Positions 40,080-53,900 of a stretch of 64,000 nucleotides of DNA are shown in pieces; position 1 is the first letter of the stretch; the number at the start of each line of letters is the position of its first letter. A program made the translations under genes and the position numbers. This DNA is from Macrostomum lignano (taxonomy: Eukaryota), in assembly GCA_002269645.1 (NCBI GenBank), contig NIVC01003495.1:1-64000 (forward strand), given 5' to 3'. The notes under the pieces were generated by a model. That model saw only the letters and a program-made list of their open reading frames with translations. It did not search any database and was not told the origin of the DNA.

Positions 40080-43000
40080 ATGAAAACGGATGAGATGGAG
40101 AGAGTGGGGTAGAGTGAAGAGAGTAGAGAGAGTGGGGGCGAGTGGTGGAGAGTGGGGGAGAGTCGGGAGAGTGGTGGAGAGTGAGGGAAAGTGAGGGAGA
40201 GTGAAGGGGATTGAGGGAGAGTGGGAGAGAGTCGGGGAGAGTGGAGGAGAGTGAGTGAGCGTGGGGGAGAGTGAGGAGGATTGAGGGAGAGTCGGGGAGA
40301 GTGGGGGGATTGAGGGAGAGTCGGGGAGAGTGGGGGGATTGAGGGAGAGTCGGGGAGAGTGGGGGGATTGAGGGAGAGTCGGGGAGAGTGGGGGGATTGA
40401 GGGAGAGTGGGAGAGAGTCGGGGAGAGTGAGGGAGAGTGGTGGAGAGTGAGGAGAGTGGGGAGAGTGGGGGAGAGTGAGGGAGAGTGGGGAGAGTGACGG
40501 AGAGTGGGGGAGAGTGGGGGAGAGTGACGGAGAGTGGGGGAGAGTGAGTGAGTGTGAGGAGAGTGGGGGAGAGTGGGGGAGAGTGACGGAGAGTGGGGGA
40601 GAGTGAGTGAGTGTGAGGAGAGTGTGAGGAGAGTGGGGGAGAGTGGGGGAGAGTGAGGGAGAGTGACGGAGAGTGACGGAGAGTGGGGAGAGTGGGGGAG
40701 AGTGGGGGAGAGTGAGGGAGCGTGACGGAGAGTGGGAGAGTGGGGGAGAGTGAGGGAGAGTGACGGAGAGTGGGGAGAGTGGGGAGAGTAAGGAAGAGTG
40801 AGGGAGAGTGACGGAGAGTGGGGAGAGTGGGGGAGAGTAAGGAAGAGTGAGGGAGAGTGTGAGGAGAGTGGGGGAGAGTGGGGAGAGTGAGGGAGAGTGA
40901 CGGAGAGTGACGGAGAGTGGGGAGAGTGGGGGGAAGTGGGGGAGAGTGAGGGAGCGTGACGGAGAGTGGGGAGAGTGGGGGAGAGTGAGGGAGAGTGACG
41001 GAGAGTGGGGAGAGTGGGGGAGAGTAAGGAAGAGTGAGGGAGAGTGACGGAGAGTGACGGAGAGTGGGGAGAGTGGGGAGAGTGGGGGAGAGTAAGGAAG
41101 AGTGAGGGAGAGTGACGGAGAGTGACGGAGAGTGGGGAGAGTGGGGGAGAGTGGGGGAGAGTGAGGGAGCGTGACGGAGAGTGGGGAGAGTGGGGGAGAG
41201 TGAGGGAGAGTGACGGAGAGTGGGGAGAGTGGGGGAGAGTAAGGAAGAGTGAGGGAGAGTGACGGAGAGTGGGGAGAGTGGGGGAGAGTAAGGAAGAGTG
41301 AGGGAGAGTGTGAGGAGAGTGGGGGAGAGTGGGAGAGAGTGAGGGAGAGTGACGGAGAGTGACGGAGAGTGGGGAGAGTGGGGGAGAGTGGGGGAGAGTG
41401 AGGGAGCGTGACGGAGAGTGGGGAGAGTGGGGGAGAGTGAGGGAGAACGACGGAGAGTGGGGAGAGTGGGGGAGAGTAAGGAAGAGTGAGGGAGAGTGAC
41501 GGAGAGTGACGGAGAGTGGGGAGAGTGGGGGAGAGTGAGGGAGAGTGACGGAGAGTGGGGAGAGTGGGGGAGAGTAAGGAAGAGTGAGGGAGAGTGACGG
41601 AGAGTGGGGAGAGTGGGGGAGAGTGAGGGAGCGTGACGGAGAGTGGGGAGAGTGGGGGAGAGTGAGGGAGAGTGACGGAGAGTGGGGGAGAGTAAGGAAG
41701 AGTGAGGGAGAGTGACGGAGAGTGGGGAGAGTGGGGGAGAGTGAGGGAGAGTGACGGAGAGTGGGGAGAGTGGGGGAGAGTAAGGAAGAGTGAGGGAGAG
41801 TGACGGAGAGTGGGGAGAGTGGGGGAGAGTAAGGAAGAGTGAGGGAGAGTGACGGAGAGTGGGGAGAGTGGGGGAGAGTGAGGGAGCGTGACGGAGAGTG
41901 GGGAGAGTGGGGGAGAGTGGGGAGAGTGAGGGAGAGTGGGGGAGAGTAAGGAAGAGTGAGGGAGAGTGACGGAGAGTGGGGAGAGTGGGGGAGAGTGAGG
42001 GAGAGTGACGGAGAGTGGGGAGAGTGGGGGAGAGTAAGGAAGAGTGACGGAGAGTGACGGAGAGTGGGGAGAGTGGGGGAGAGTAAGGAAGAGTGAGGGA
42101 GAGTGACGGAGAGTGAGGGAGAGTGACGGAGAGTGGGGAGAGTGGGGGAGAGTGAGGGAGATTGACGGAGAGTGGGGAGAGTGGGGGAGAGTGGGGGAGA
42201 GTGACGGAGAGTGGGAGAGTGGGGAGAGTGGGGGAGAGTGAGGGAGAGTGGGGAGAGTGGGGGAGAGTGAGGGAGAGTGAGGGAGAGTGAGGGAGAGTGA
42301 GGGAGAGTGATGGAGAGTGAGGGAGAGTGACGGAGAGTGGGGAGAGTGGGGGAGAGTGGGGGAGAGTGGGGGAGAGTGACGGAGAGTGGGGAGAGTGGGG
42401 GAGAGTGAGGGAGAGTGAGGGAGAGTGAGGGAGAGTGAGGGAGAGTGATGGAGAGTGAGGGAGAGTGACGGAGAGTGGGGAGAGTGGGGGAGAGTGAGGG
42501 AGAGTGAGGGAGAGTGAGGGAGAGTGAGGGAGAGTGAGGGAGAGTGAGGGAGAGTGAGGGAGAGTGATGGAGAGTGAGGGAGAGTGACGGAGAGTGAGGG
42601 AGAGTGAGGGAGAGTGAGGGAGAGTGACGGAGAGTGAGGGAGAGTGAGGAGAGTGAGGGAGAGTGAGGAGAGTGGGAGAGTGGGGGAGAGTGGGGAGAGT
42701 GGGGGAGAGTGAGGGAGAGTGAGGGAGAGTGAGGGAGAGTGAGGGAGAGTGAGGGAGAGTGATGGAGAGTGAGGGAGAGTGAGGGAGAGTGATGGAGAGT
42801 GAGGGAGAGTGAGGGAGAGTGAGGGAGAGTGAGGGAGAGTGAGGGAGAGTGAGGGAGAGTGAGGGAGAGTGAGGGAGAGTGAGGGAGAGTGAGGGAGAGT
42901 GAGGGAGAGTGGGGAGAGTGGGGGAGAGTGAGGGAGAGTGAGGGAGAGTGAGGGAGAGTGAGGGAGAGTGATGGAGAGTGAGGGAGAGTGAGGGAGAGTG

Positions 43001-43082
43001 AGGGAGAGTGATGGAGAGTGAGGGAGAGTGAGGGAGAGTGGGGGAGAGTGGGGGAGAGTGGGGAGAGTGGGGGAGAGTGGTA
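40080..43082. repeat. ~3 kb purine-rich compound satellite of 9-10 bp units (GAGAGTGAGG / GAGAGTGGGG / GAGAGTGACG)
   Basis: Direct. Confidence 0.97.
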
Positions 43083-43639
43083 GTGGGTGGCCAAAGCCAA
43101 TAAATACGAGCAACCCAAAGAAAACACAGGGCAATCAGCACCAATTACTGGGCAGCTGCAAGGAATCGGTGCCTGCTGTCAGGAGGTCCAGTCAACCCTT
43201 GGGGACTTTTGGGGGCCGCTAGAAAAGGTGGCAGGCAGGCAGAAACAAGCCGACACCGCCTGAGAGAAATCTTCAACGCACAGCGCGGCCTGTCCCTCCC
43301 ATTTTCCAGTTTCCAGTGTGCTTCCACCGGCAGACCCTGGACGCCCAGGGATTGTCCCCGGGAATGGGATAATGCGATTGCTAAGCAGACCGTCTTGCTC
43401 CCTGGTCCCCTCTTGTCCCCCACTGTCTGCTTTCTGCTTTGTACAGAACCGGCATTTGCAAGTCCTGCAGGAGTTTCTTCTGCCTTTTATCTGGCACTTC
43501 TCCCTGCCAGCCCGGGTCCTCACCTCCCACTTAACCCCCCTCCGCCTTTGGCTGCACTGCACTTTCCCATCTGTTGCTTCGGCTTAAGCGACAGAAGTCG
43601 GTGAAGAAAAAAGGAGTAAAGTAAAAGCAGAAAAGAAGA

Positions 43640-45017
43640 TCTCTGTCTCTCTCTCAGCCCATCTCTGTCTCTCTCTCAGCCCATCTCTGTCTCTCTCTCA
43701 GCTTATCTCTGTCTCACTCCCAGCCCATCTCTGTCTCTCTCTCAGCCCATCTCTGTCTCTCTCTCAGCCCATCTCTGTCTCTCTCTCAGCTTATCTCTGT
43801 CTCACTCCCAGCCCATCTCTGTCTCTCTCTCAGCCCATCTCTGTCTCTCTCTCAGCCCATCTCTGTCTCTCTCTCAGCTTATCTCTGTCTCACTCCCAGC
43901 CCATCTCTGTCTCTCTCTCAGCCCATCTCTGTCTCTCTCTCAGCCCATCTCTGTCTCTCTCTCAGCCCATCTCTGTCTCTCTCTCAGCCCATCTCTGTCT
44001 CACTCCCAGCCCATCTCTGTCTCTCTCTCAGCCCATCTCTGTCTCTCTCTCAGCTTATCTCTGTCTCTCTCTCAGCTTATCTCTGTCTCCTCCCAGCCCA
44101 TCTCTGTCTCTCTCTCAGCTTATCTCTGTCTCCTCCCAGCCCATCTCTGTCTCTCTCTCAGCCCATCTCTGTCTCACTCTCAGCCCATCTCTGTCTCACT
44201 CTCAGCCCATCTCTGTCTCTCTCTCAGCCCATCTCTGTCTCTCTCTCAGCCCATCTCTGTCTCTCTCCCAGCCCATCTCTGTCTCTCTCTCAGCCCATCT
44301 CTGTCTCTCTCTCAGCCCATCTCTGTCTCTCTCTCAGCCCATCTCTGTCTCACTCTCAGCCCATCTCTGTCTCACTCTCAGCTTATCTCTGTCTCTCTCT
44401 CAGCCCATCTCTGTCTCTCTCCCAGCCCATCTCTGTCTCTCTCTCAGCCCATCTCTGTCTCTCTCTCAGCCCATCTCTGTCTCTCTCCCAGCCCATCTCT
44501 GTCTCTCTCTCAGCCCATCTCTGTCTCTCTCTCAGCCCATCTCTGTCTCTCTCTCAGCCCATCTCTGTCTCCTCCCAGCCCATCTCTGTCTCCTCCCAGC
44601 CCATCTCTGTCTCACTCTCAGCCCATCTCTGTCTCACTCTCAGCCCATCTCTGTCTCTCTCCCAGCCCATCTCTGTCTCTCTCCCAGCCCATCTCTGTCT
44701 CTCTCTCAGCCCATCTCTGTCTCTCTCTCAGCCCATCTCTGTCTCTCTCCCAGCCCATCTCTGTCTCTCTCTCAGCCCATCTCTGTCTCTCTCTCAGCCC
44801 ATCTCTGTCTCTCTCTCAGCCCATCTCTGTCTCCTCCCAGCCCATCTTTGTCTCCTCCCAGCCCATCTCTGTCTCACTCCCAGCCCATCTCTGTCTCACT
44901 CCCAGCCCATCTCTGTCTCACTCTCAGCCCATCTCTGTCTCCTCCCAGCCCATCTCTGTCTCTCTCTCAGCCCATCTCTGTCTCACTCTCAGCCCATCTC
45001 TGTCTCACTCTCAGCCC
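43640..45017. repeat. 22-bp pyrimidine-rich minisatellite (CAGCCCATCTCTGTCTCTCTCT)
   Basis: Direct. Confidence 0.97.
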
Positions 45018-45417
45018 CTATCAACCATCCGACTGGAACTTTTTTGTTCGACTGTCTCCACCAGCCGGTCCTGGCTTGCCAAAAGCCTTTAGAAGTTGCT
45101 TTTCAACCTAAAGCCCGTTTATTAATCTGCAGCGAAATTAGCAGCAGATGGCATCAAAAGAAAAGTGCAAACAAGTCAAAAAGCAGCCAGGATTTTCGCG
45201 TTTGCTGTTTTGCACTTCCTGAACCTTGAAAACTGCCTGCTTTAACGCAGAGGGTTTGGTGGAATTCTTAGGTCCGAAAAATTCTCGTTTTTTTCTGCAA
45301 GAAAGCAGCAAAGATCAAAAGTGGAGATACGGAGGGGTCGGAGGACTGGACAGCTCCCGAGGTTTCAAAGGATTCACTACCCTTCGCCTCTCGCTACCTT
45401 CTCCTGTCTCCTTTCAT

Positions 45418-46455
45418 CTGCCTGACATTTGCTGATCTGACATTTGCTGATCTGACATTTGCTGATCTGACAGTTGCCAGCCTGACATTTGCTAGTCTGA
45501 CATTTGCTGATCTGACATTTGCTGATCTGACATTTGCTGATCTGACATTTATTGATCTGACAGTTGCTGATCTGACATTTATTGATCTGACATTTATTGA
45601 CCTGACATTTGCTGATCTGACAGTTGCTGATCTGACATTTGCTGATCTGACATTTGCTGATCTGACATTTGCTGATCTGACAGTTGCTGATCTGACATTT
45701 GCTGATCTGACAGTTGCTGATCTGACATTTGCTGATCTGACATTTGCTGATCTGACAGTTGCTGATCTGACATTTGCTGATCTGACATTTGCTGATCTGA
45801 CATTTATTGATCTGACATTTATTGACCTGACATTTGCTGATCTGACATTTGCTGATCTGACATTTATTGATCTGACATTTATTGACCTGACATTTGCTGA
45901 TCTGACAGTTGCTGATCTGACATTTGCTGATCTGACATTTGCTGATCTGACATTTGCTGATCTGACATTTGCTGATCTGACATTTATTGATCTGACATTT
46001 ATTGACCTGACATTTGCTGATCTGACATTTGCTGATCTGACATTTGCTGATCTGACATTTATTGATCTGACATTTGCTGATCTGACATTTATTGATCTGA
46101 CATTTGTTGATCTGACATTTGTTGATCTGACATTTATTGATCTGACATTTGCTGATCTGACATTTGCTGATCTGACATTTGCTGATCTGACATTTGCTGA
46201 TCTGACATTTGCTGATCTGACATTTGCTGATCTGACATTTGCTGATCTGACAGTTGCTGATCTGAAATTTGCTGATCTGACATTTATTGATCTGACATTT
46301 GCTGATCTGACAGTTGCTGATCTGAAATTTGCTAGCCTGACATTTGCTGATCTGAAATTTGCTGATCTGACATTTGCTGATCTGACATTTGCTGATCTGA
46401 CATTTGCCAGCCTGACATTTGCTAGTCTGACATTTGCTGATATGACATTTGCTAG
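45418..46455. repeat. 15-bp minisatellite (CTGACATTTGCTGAT)
   Basis: Direct. Confidence 0.97.
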
Positions 46456-47449
46456 CTTAGCTTGACATTCTCACTTCAATAGAGCAGAAAAGTTTTTCTT
46501 TCAATCTAAAAAACAGTAATTTACTATTTTCAATATCGACTTTTTTCAACTTGCAACCCCCCCCCTATCACTCAATCGGAATCAATGATTGGCGCCATGC
46601 CCCAGCTGCAGTTGTACAGCTCGGTGGACTCGAGAGGCAGGCAGCCAGACACATCGCTCCGCGTGTTTTACAGAATCCGAAGCGCAGCTTCGTTTTTATT
46701 TTTATCTGCCAGAGGGCTGGGAATGGAAACCGCAGCCCGGGCAGTCAATATCCCCTCGGCTGAGGCTGGAGAATCAATGCAGGCTGAGGCTTCGTTGCAT
46801 AAAAAAACTGCCACTGGCAAGGAAAGAAGCCAGAGAGAGGGGGCGGAACGAAGCTTGTGGGGATTTTTAATTAAACTTCTCCAGCGCAACTCCATCCCCA
46901 ACCCTCACAATCTCCAAACCTCGCCCCAACTTTAAGCTCGTGGCCAAACGCTGCCAAGAGATGTCGGGTTTTTCTGTCTCGGAAAGGCAACTTCTCTTCG
47001 GGTGGGCGGAGCTCCAGAATCGACAAGCTGATAGACAAGGCGCGATAATGCCGACTGGATATGGGACAAAAATCCCATCGGCCGATATTGAATGACACTG
47101 CATGGGAGAAGGCGGGGGGCGAGACCGCGGTTCCGGCTCCGATTGTGACAAATGGGGCCAATGCTGTCTGGGAGCGCAGCTCACCCCCAGCCGACACAGA
47201 CAGATGATGCTCCGCGTGAGTTGCAGATGCTGGAGGGGGGGGGCTGCGCGAGTCTGACAGGACGGTGGACAAATTGGAGCTATTTTTAGAGATAAGGTGA
47301 GCACACTGAGAAGTAGGGCTGAGATCAGGGGGAGATTGACGGACAAGACTGGAGGTGTGAGGAATGAGATGAAGAGACACGAAGGGGAGCAGGAATCACG
47401 GAACAGGTTAAAATAAATGAAGTACTGGCTTATGCTAAGCCAGTCGAGA

Positions 47450-49095
47450 CAAGAAGAGAAAGACAGGGAGAAATAGGGAAAGATAAGGAGAGAGAAAGAG
47501 AGAGACAGGGAGAGAGACAGGGAGAGACAGGGAGAGAGACAGGGAGAGAGACAGGGAGAGACAGGGAGAGAGACAGGGAGAGAGACAGGGAGAGAGACAG
47601 GGAGAGAGACAGGTAGAGAGACAGGGAGACAGGGAGAAAGGAAGGGAGACAGGGAGAGAGACAGGGAGAGAGACAGGGAGAGAGACAGGGAGAGAGACAG
47701 AGAGAGACAGGGAGAGATAAGGAGAGAGAAAGAGAGAGACAGGGAGAGAGACAGGGAGACAGGGAGAGAGACAGGGAGACAGGGAGAGAGACAGGGAGAG
47801 AGACAGGTAGAGAGAGACAGGGAGAGAGACAGGGAGACAGGGAGAAAGGAAGGGAGACAGGGAGAGAGACAGGGAGAGAGACAGAGAGAGACAGGGAGAG
47901 ATAAGGAGAGAGAAAGAGAGAGACAGGGAGAGAGACAGGGAGACAGGGAGAGAGACAGGGAGAGAGACAGGGAGAGAGACAGGGAGAGAGACAGGGAGAC
48001 AGGGAGAGAGACAGGGAGAGAGACAGGGAGACAGGGAGAGAGACAGGGAGAAAGGAAGGGAGACAGGGAGAGAGACAGGGAGAGAGACAGGGAGAGAGAC
48101 AGGGAGAGAGACAGGGAGACAGGGAGAAAGGAAGGGAGACAGGGAGAGAGACAGGTAGAGAGAGACAGGGAGAGAGACAGGGAGACAGGGAGAAAGGAAG
48201 GGAGACAGGGAGAGAGACAAGGAAGGGAGACAGGGAGAGAGACAGGGAGACAGGGAGAGAGACAGGGAGAAAGGAAGGGAGACAGGGAGAGAGACAGGGA
48301 GAGAGACAGGGAGAGAGACAGGGAGAGAGACAGGGAGACAGGGAGAAAGGAAGGGAGACAGGGAGAGAGACAGGTAGAGAGAGACAGGGAGAGAGACAGG
48401 GAGACAGGGAGAAAGGAAGGGAGACAGGGAGAGAGACAGGGAGAAAGGAAGGGAGACAGGGAGAGAGACAGGGAGAAAGGAAGGGAGACAGGGAGAGAGA
48501 CAGGGAGAAAGGAAGGGAGACAGGGAGAGAGACAGAGAGAGAGACAGGGAGAGATCCAGAGAGAGAGACAGGGAGAGAGACAGAGAGAGAGACAGGGAGA
48601 GATCCAGAGAGAGAGACAGGGAGAGAGACAGAGAGAGAGACAGGGAGAGAGACAGGGAGAGAGACAGAGAGAGAGACAGGGAGAGAGACAGAGAGAGAGA
48701 CAGGGAGAGAGACAGAGAGAGAGACAGAGAGAGACAGGGAGAGAGACAGAGAGAGAGACAGGGAGAGATCCAGAGAGAGAGACAGGGAGAGAGACAGAGA
48801 GAGAGACAGGGAGAGAGACAGAGAGAGAGACAGGGAGAGATCCAGAGAGAGAGACAGGGAGAGAGACAGAGAGAGAGACAGGGAGAGATCCAGAGAGAGA
48901 GACAGGGAGAGAGACAGAGAGAGAGACAGGGAGAGAGACAGAGAGAGAGAGACAGAGAGAGAGACAGAGAGAGAGACAGAGAGAGAGACAGAGAGAGATC
49001 CAGAGAGAGAGCCAGAGAGAGAGACAGAGAGAGAGACAGAGAGAGAGACAGAGAGAGAGACAGGGAGAGAGACAGAGAGAGAGACAGAGAGCCAG
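47450..49095. repeat. Purine-rich 10-12 bp satellite (GAGACAGGGAGA)
   Basis: Direct. Confidence 0.97.
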
Positions 49096-50027
49096 AGTGA
49101 ACAGGGGCAAAAGCAAGTCTGGAGAAATAATAATGAAGGGAGCAATGATAAGCAGACAGCAAAGCTTCTGAAACAATTTGACATTTGAGAAAATAAAAAA
49201 AATCACAAAGCAACTGTGTGCGCCATTGAGCGGGCAGAGAGAGAGTTGGAAGGCCAACCCTCACTGGCTGAACCGCACGCGCCCAAGTTGCCTCAGAATT
49301 ATTTCGCTCAACTTTCGCCGCTTGACTCGGCCAGGCCGAGAGAGCGCCGTCAGCTGCTGCGTCACTCCGGGATCTTCCCACTTGTCAGCGCGGTCAGGGC
49401 AGAGGGAGGGGGAATGACGGCAGAGTCTTTACGGGTTTCTTCCCTTGTCCTGGCGCAGCCGCAGCTGTCCGCCAGTCAATATCCCTGCAGTTCAATTATT
49501 GATTCCGCTGTCATTCTGCTTCTATTCCTACTAGGAGAGCAGAGCGGAATTTTCTCTGGCAAAGAGTTGATCTCGAAGCGAGAGACGCCAAATCCCTATG
49601 AAGCAGCAAGTGCAAGCAGCTCTTCACTAAACCGATGCAAATTGCATGGCAACGCCTCGCAGTTCGTCAGCAACTCACCTGCCCCGCCGCTGGATTTGTC
49701 GCCGCAGAAGAGGAAACTTTTTCTGGCTGCCTATTTTGATATTTCTCTGAGGAAACTGTCCTCGGGCCAGTGTAAATAGTTGCAGTGAGCATTGAACCCC
49801 CAACTTGCTGGAATGGGCTTGGCTGGCCAATGACGGCTGGCCAAGAATCTGATTGGCTGTGGACAAATCGCTAAGCCTATCGCTAAGCAAAAAAGTTCAC
49901 ACAATTTTATATCACCCTCTGGACTTCCAAACTGCAAATTACCCAAGTTTATAAAGCTGATTGTCTTCCTGAAATGCTAGCGATGTTAGATAATAACATT
50001 TAGTATGAATATACATAGGATGCTGCT

Positions 50028-50230
50028 TGGGCGGCCCTGTGGTCTAGGGCGGCGCTCTGATGCGCCAGCGGCCCAGGCTCGATTCCAAGTGCAGTCACAT
50101 TCATTTTGACTAAACTGTACACTCCTGTGTGAGGGTGTGCCTGCTCAGGGGAGTCGGCGGAATGGGCAGCAATGCCTCTCGCTGGTTGTCTGACAATGTC
50201 ACTTGAAGTGCGCCAGGGTGCCCCTGCCTA
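50028..50230 (+). mobile_element. tRNA-derived SINE family B, internally deleted copy
   Basis: GTGGTCTAGG A-box-like and GGCTCGATTCC B-box-like motifs; body homologous to 51698-51985 and 63700-63960. Confidence 0.7.
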
Positions 50231-50574
50231 TAACAATTCAGAATAAAAATGTGCTGCTCACGAAAGACATCCTGTTAGCATTGATCAGTTGGTTGCGTAC
50301 TCTGTGTATATTTCTTCAGCTAAAATCTTTCGCAGGAAAAAGACTACAACACAATTGCTTTGAAGAAAATTTGAGACTGGGAGAGCGATAAAAAGTTGGT
50401 GTTTAAAAACATAATTGCAGCGACAGAGAGCGGTTATTGACAGACTAGCAAGTCAGAACTAGCGGACTTGGTGCGAGTGAAAAAAGCATTGAAGCTGTGC
50501 ACTTTTGTACCGTACACTTGGGGTCAGCTGGTAATGATGGGGGTCAGGGTTAATCTGGAATGAGTTGAGTAGTT

Positions 50575-50880
50575 CGGAGTGGGTCAGCTGGATCCGGAGT
50601 GGGTCAGCTGGATACGGAGTGGGTCAGCTGGATACGGAGTGGGTCAGCTGGATACGGAGTGGGTCAGCTGGATACGGAGTGGGTCAGCTGGATACGGAGT
50701 GGGTCAGCTGGATCCGGAGTGGGTCAGCTGGATACGGAGTGGTCGAAGTGGGTCAGCTGGATCCGGAGTGGATCAGAGTGGGTCAGCTGGATTTGGAATG
50801 GGTCAGAGTGGGTCAGCTGGATCCGGAGTGGGTCCGAGTGGGTCAGCTGGATTTGGAATGGGTCAGAGTGGGTCAGCTGC
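50575..50880. repeat. 20-bp minisatellite (GAGTGGGTCAGCTGGATACG) downstream of the BBS2 stop
   Basis: Direct. Confidence 0.95.
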
Positions 50881-50981
50881 AAGTCAAACAAAGCTCAAAA
50901 GTGATGACACGCATTTCAGATTCAAATAAAGTGCATCAATGAGAAAACTTCTCAAAAGAGGTAATCCGCGTCTCCGACTGC

Positions 50982-53900
50982 TCAAGCCGAGCCGGAGCGA
51001 ATGATTTTGTGCAGAGCGCCGAGATTGCTGGCCTTCACCGCGGCCCGGCAGTCGTTGACCGCCTGGGTTTTAAATCTGCCAGCCCGCAGCCGGCCGGCCC
51101 GCTGGATGATCTGGTTCAGCGCCTTCAGCGACTCGCTCAGAGCCTGCTGGTTGGCCGCTCGCATTGAGTAGGACGAGGCCAGGTCACGATTCAGGTCGCG
51201 GAGATCCCTGGGGATGAGACGGTCGGAGCAACGCAACCGGAAATGAGCCCCAATTCAACCGGAAATGAGCCCCAATGCAGCGGGAAATGAGCCCCAATGC
51301 AGCGGGAAATGAGCCCCAATGCAGCCGGAAATGAGCCCCAATGCAATCGGAAATGAGCCCCAATGCAACAGGAAATGAGCCCCAATGCAGCGGGAAATGA
51401 GCCCCAATGCAGCCGGAAATGAGCCCCAATGCAACCCGAAATGAGCCCCAATGCAGCCCGAAATGAGCCCCAATGCAATCGGAAATGAGCCCCAATGCAA
51501 CAGGAAATGAGCCCCAATGCAACAGGAAATGAGCCCCAATGCAGCGGGAAATGAGCCCCAATGCAGCCGGAAATGAGCCCCAATGCAGCCGGAAATGAGC
51601 CCCAATGCAACCGGAAGTTGGGGTCTGCAAACAGCCATTTTTGTAATCGGAATCCCTCCGAAAAAATTGATTTTTTGCAACTGTCGGATGAGGGGCTGGG
51701 CCGTAGCCCAGCGGTCTGGCGCGGGGCTCTGGTGTGCCAGCGGCCCAGACTCGATTCCAAGTGCAGTCGCAATAATTTGGGGCTGAATTGGAATCTCGGC
51801 TTCGCTCTGCTCTCGTGCAATTAACGGCCTTGAGAGCCAACCCCCCAAGGCGCAGTGAAGTGTACATGCCTAACGATAAATAAAGTTAGGGCCGATGCAC
51901 ACTCCTGTGTGAGTGTGTGCCTGTGGGTATGACTGTGTACGTATCCGCGCGCTTGTGTGCCTGCTCAGGGAAGTCGGCGGAATGGGCAATGTCTCAGCTC
52001 ACTCACTTGTAGGCCTTCTTAAAGTTCACAAAATCTCCCAATAGCCTGGCGTCCTCCGCCCGCACCACCAGGCCGCGCACCAGGTTGGAGCTGTCGGCCA
52101 TATCGCCGGAGAGGCGCTGGCGCTGCGCCTCGAACTCGCTGATTCGGTCCACCAGACTTTTCAGACTGTCAGCCAGCCCGGGAAACTCGGCCTCCGAGGC
52201 CAGGTCCTCCAGGCCGAGGTAGCCGGCCAGGGCGGTGACCAGCTCGCCAGCCAGCTCCATGTTGTCCGTGCCGATAACCTGCGTAGTTGCGCGGAACACT
52301 ACTGATAGTAGAAATGTAAGAAAATTGACGTGAAATCTAAATGATTTCTAAATGCACATCCAGACACAGAGAGAGTAAACATGATTCATTTGAGTCAGGA
52401 AGAGTCAGCTAGAATAGAAATGAGTCAGGAGTATTCAGTTAGAATAGAAATGAGTCAGGAGTAGTCAGCTAGACCATAAATGAGTCAGGAATAGTCAGCT
52501 AGAGTAGAAATGAGTCAGGAGTAGTCAGCTAAAATAGAAATGAGTCAGGAGTAGTCAGCTAGAATAGAAATGAGTCAGGAGTAGTCAGCTAAAATAGAAA
52601 TGAGTCAGGAGTAGTCAGCTAGACCAGAAATGATTAATGAGTCAGGAGTAGTCAGCTAGAATAGAAATGAGTCAGGAGTAGTCAGCTAAAATAGAAATGA
52701 GTCAGGAGTAGTCAGCTAGACCAGAAATGAGTCAGGAGTAGTCAGCTATGCCAGAAATGAGTCAGGAGTAGTCAGCTATGCCAGAAATGAGTCAGGAGTA
52801 GTCAGCTATGCCATAAATGAGTCAGGAGTAGTCAGTTAGGCTAGAAATGAGTCAGGAAGAATCCATTAACAAACCATTTTGTCGCTCTCCGCCCAGAGCC
52901 GCAGCGCCTCCCCGGTTGCCATGGAGACGAATCGGCAATCAAGCGGGCCGCCGTTGCCGTCGACCTCCTGGGCCAGCAGGAAGTTGGCGTTGATCCACAT
53001 GGCCACCCGCTGCAGCCGCTCCTGCAGGCGAAAGCAGACGAAGCCGGCGGGCTGGGCGGCGGCCTCCGGGGCGACGGGGGCAAAGACGGCGAACCGCGGC
53101 AGAGACCGGGTGGTCTCGAACACGTGGAACTGGGCGGCACCGCGCGGGCCCACCAGGCACTTCAGGTGCAGGTCCACGCTGGCGCACTTGCTGGGGTACA
53201 GCGGGATGTCCAGGCTGGCGCCCAGCCGGCTGGCGGGCGGGTGAGTCACGTGACTCTCGCCGTCGAAGATGCCCTCGGCGAAGACGATGACGGCCCGGAT
53301 GGCGGTGCTGTTGGTGGTGGCCACGCGGAGGCAGACGCAGGGCGCGGGCTTGTGCGCCAGGTCCACCGACAGGGACGTCTGCACCTGCGGCGGCGGGACA
53401 GGGAATGTGGGATTGTGACAGGTAGGGAATGTGACATGTAGGGAATGTGACATGTAGGGAATGTGACATGTAGGGAATGTGACATGTAGGGAATGTGAAA
53501 TGTAGGGAATGTGACATGTAGGGAATGTGACATGTAGGGAACATGCTTGGGCGCAACCTTGGGATTCACTCGGCCGTTTCTATTGGCAACGCACACATGT
53601 AAGTCGCTATTGGACGGAGTAGTAGTCACGTGACTGCTCTCAGCCAATAGCGACTTACATGTGTGTGTTGCCAATAGAAACGGCCGAGTGAATCCCAAAG
53701 TTGCGCATGTATGGTAGGGAATGTGACATGTAGGGAATGTAACATGTAGGGAATGTGACATGTAGGGAATGTGAAATGTAGGGAATGTGAAATGCAGGGA
53801 ATGTGACATGTAGGGAATGTGAAATGCAGGGAACGTGACGCGCACTCACCTGAGTGTTGGCTGGGATGGCAGATGCCGTGTCAGAGGCGGCTCCGCTCAA

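Noticed and set aside
43085-49900. ORFs of 90-190 aa in the unique islands between satellites
   Set aside because: No family motifs, no consistent frame and no phase-compatible exon chain
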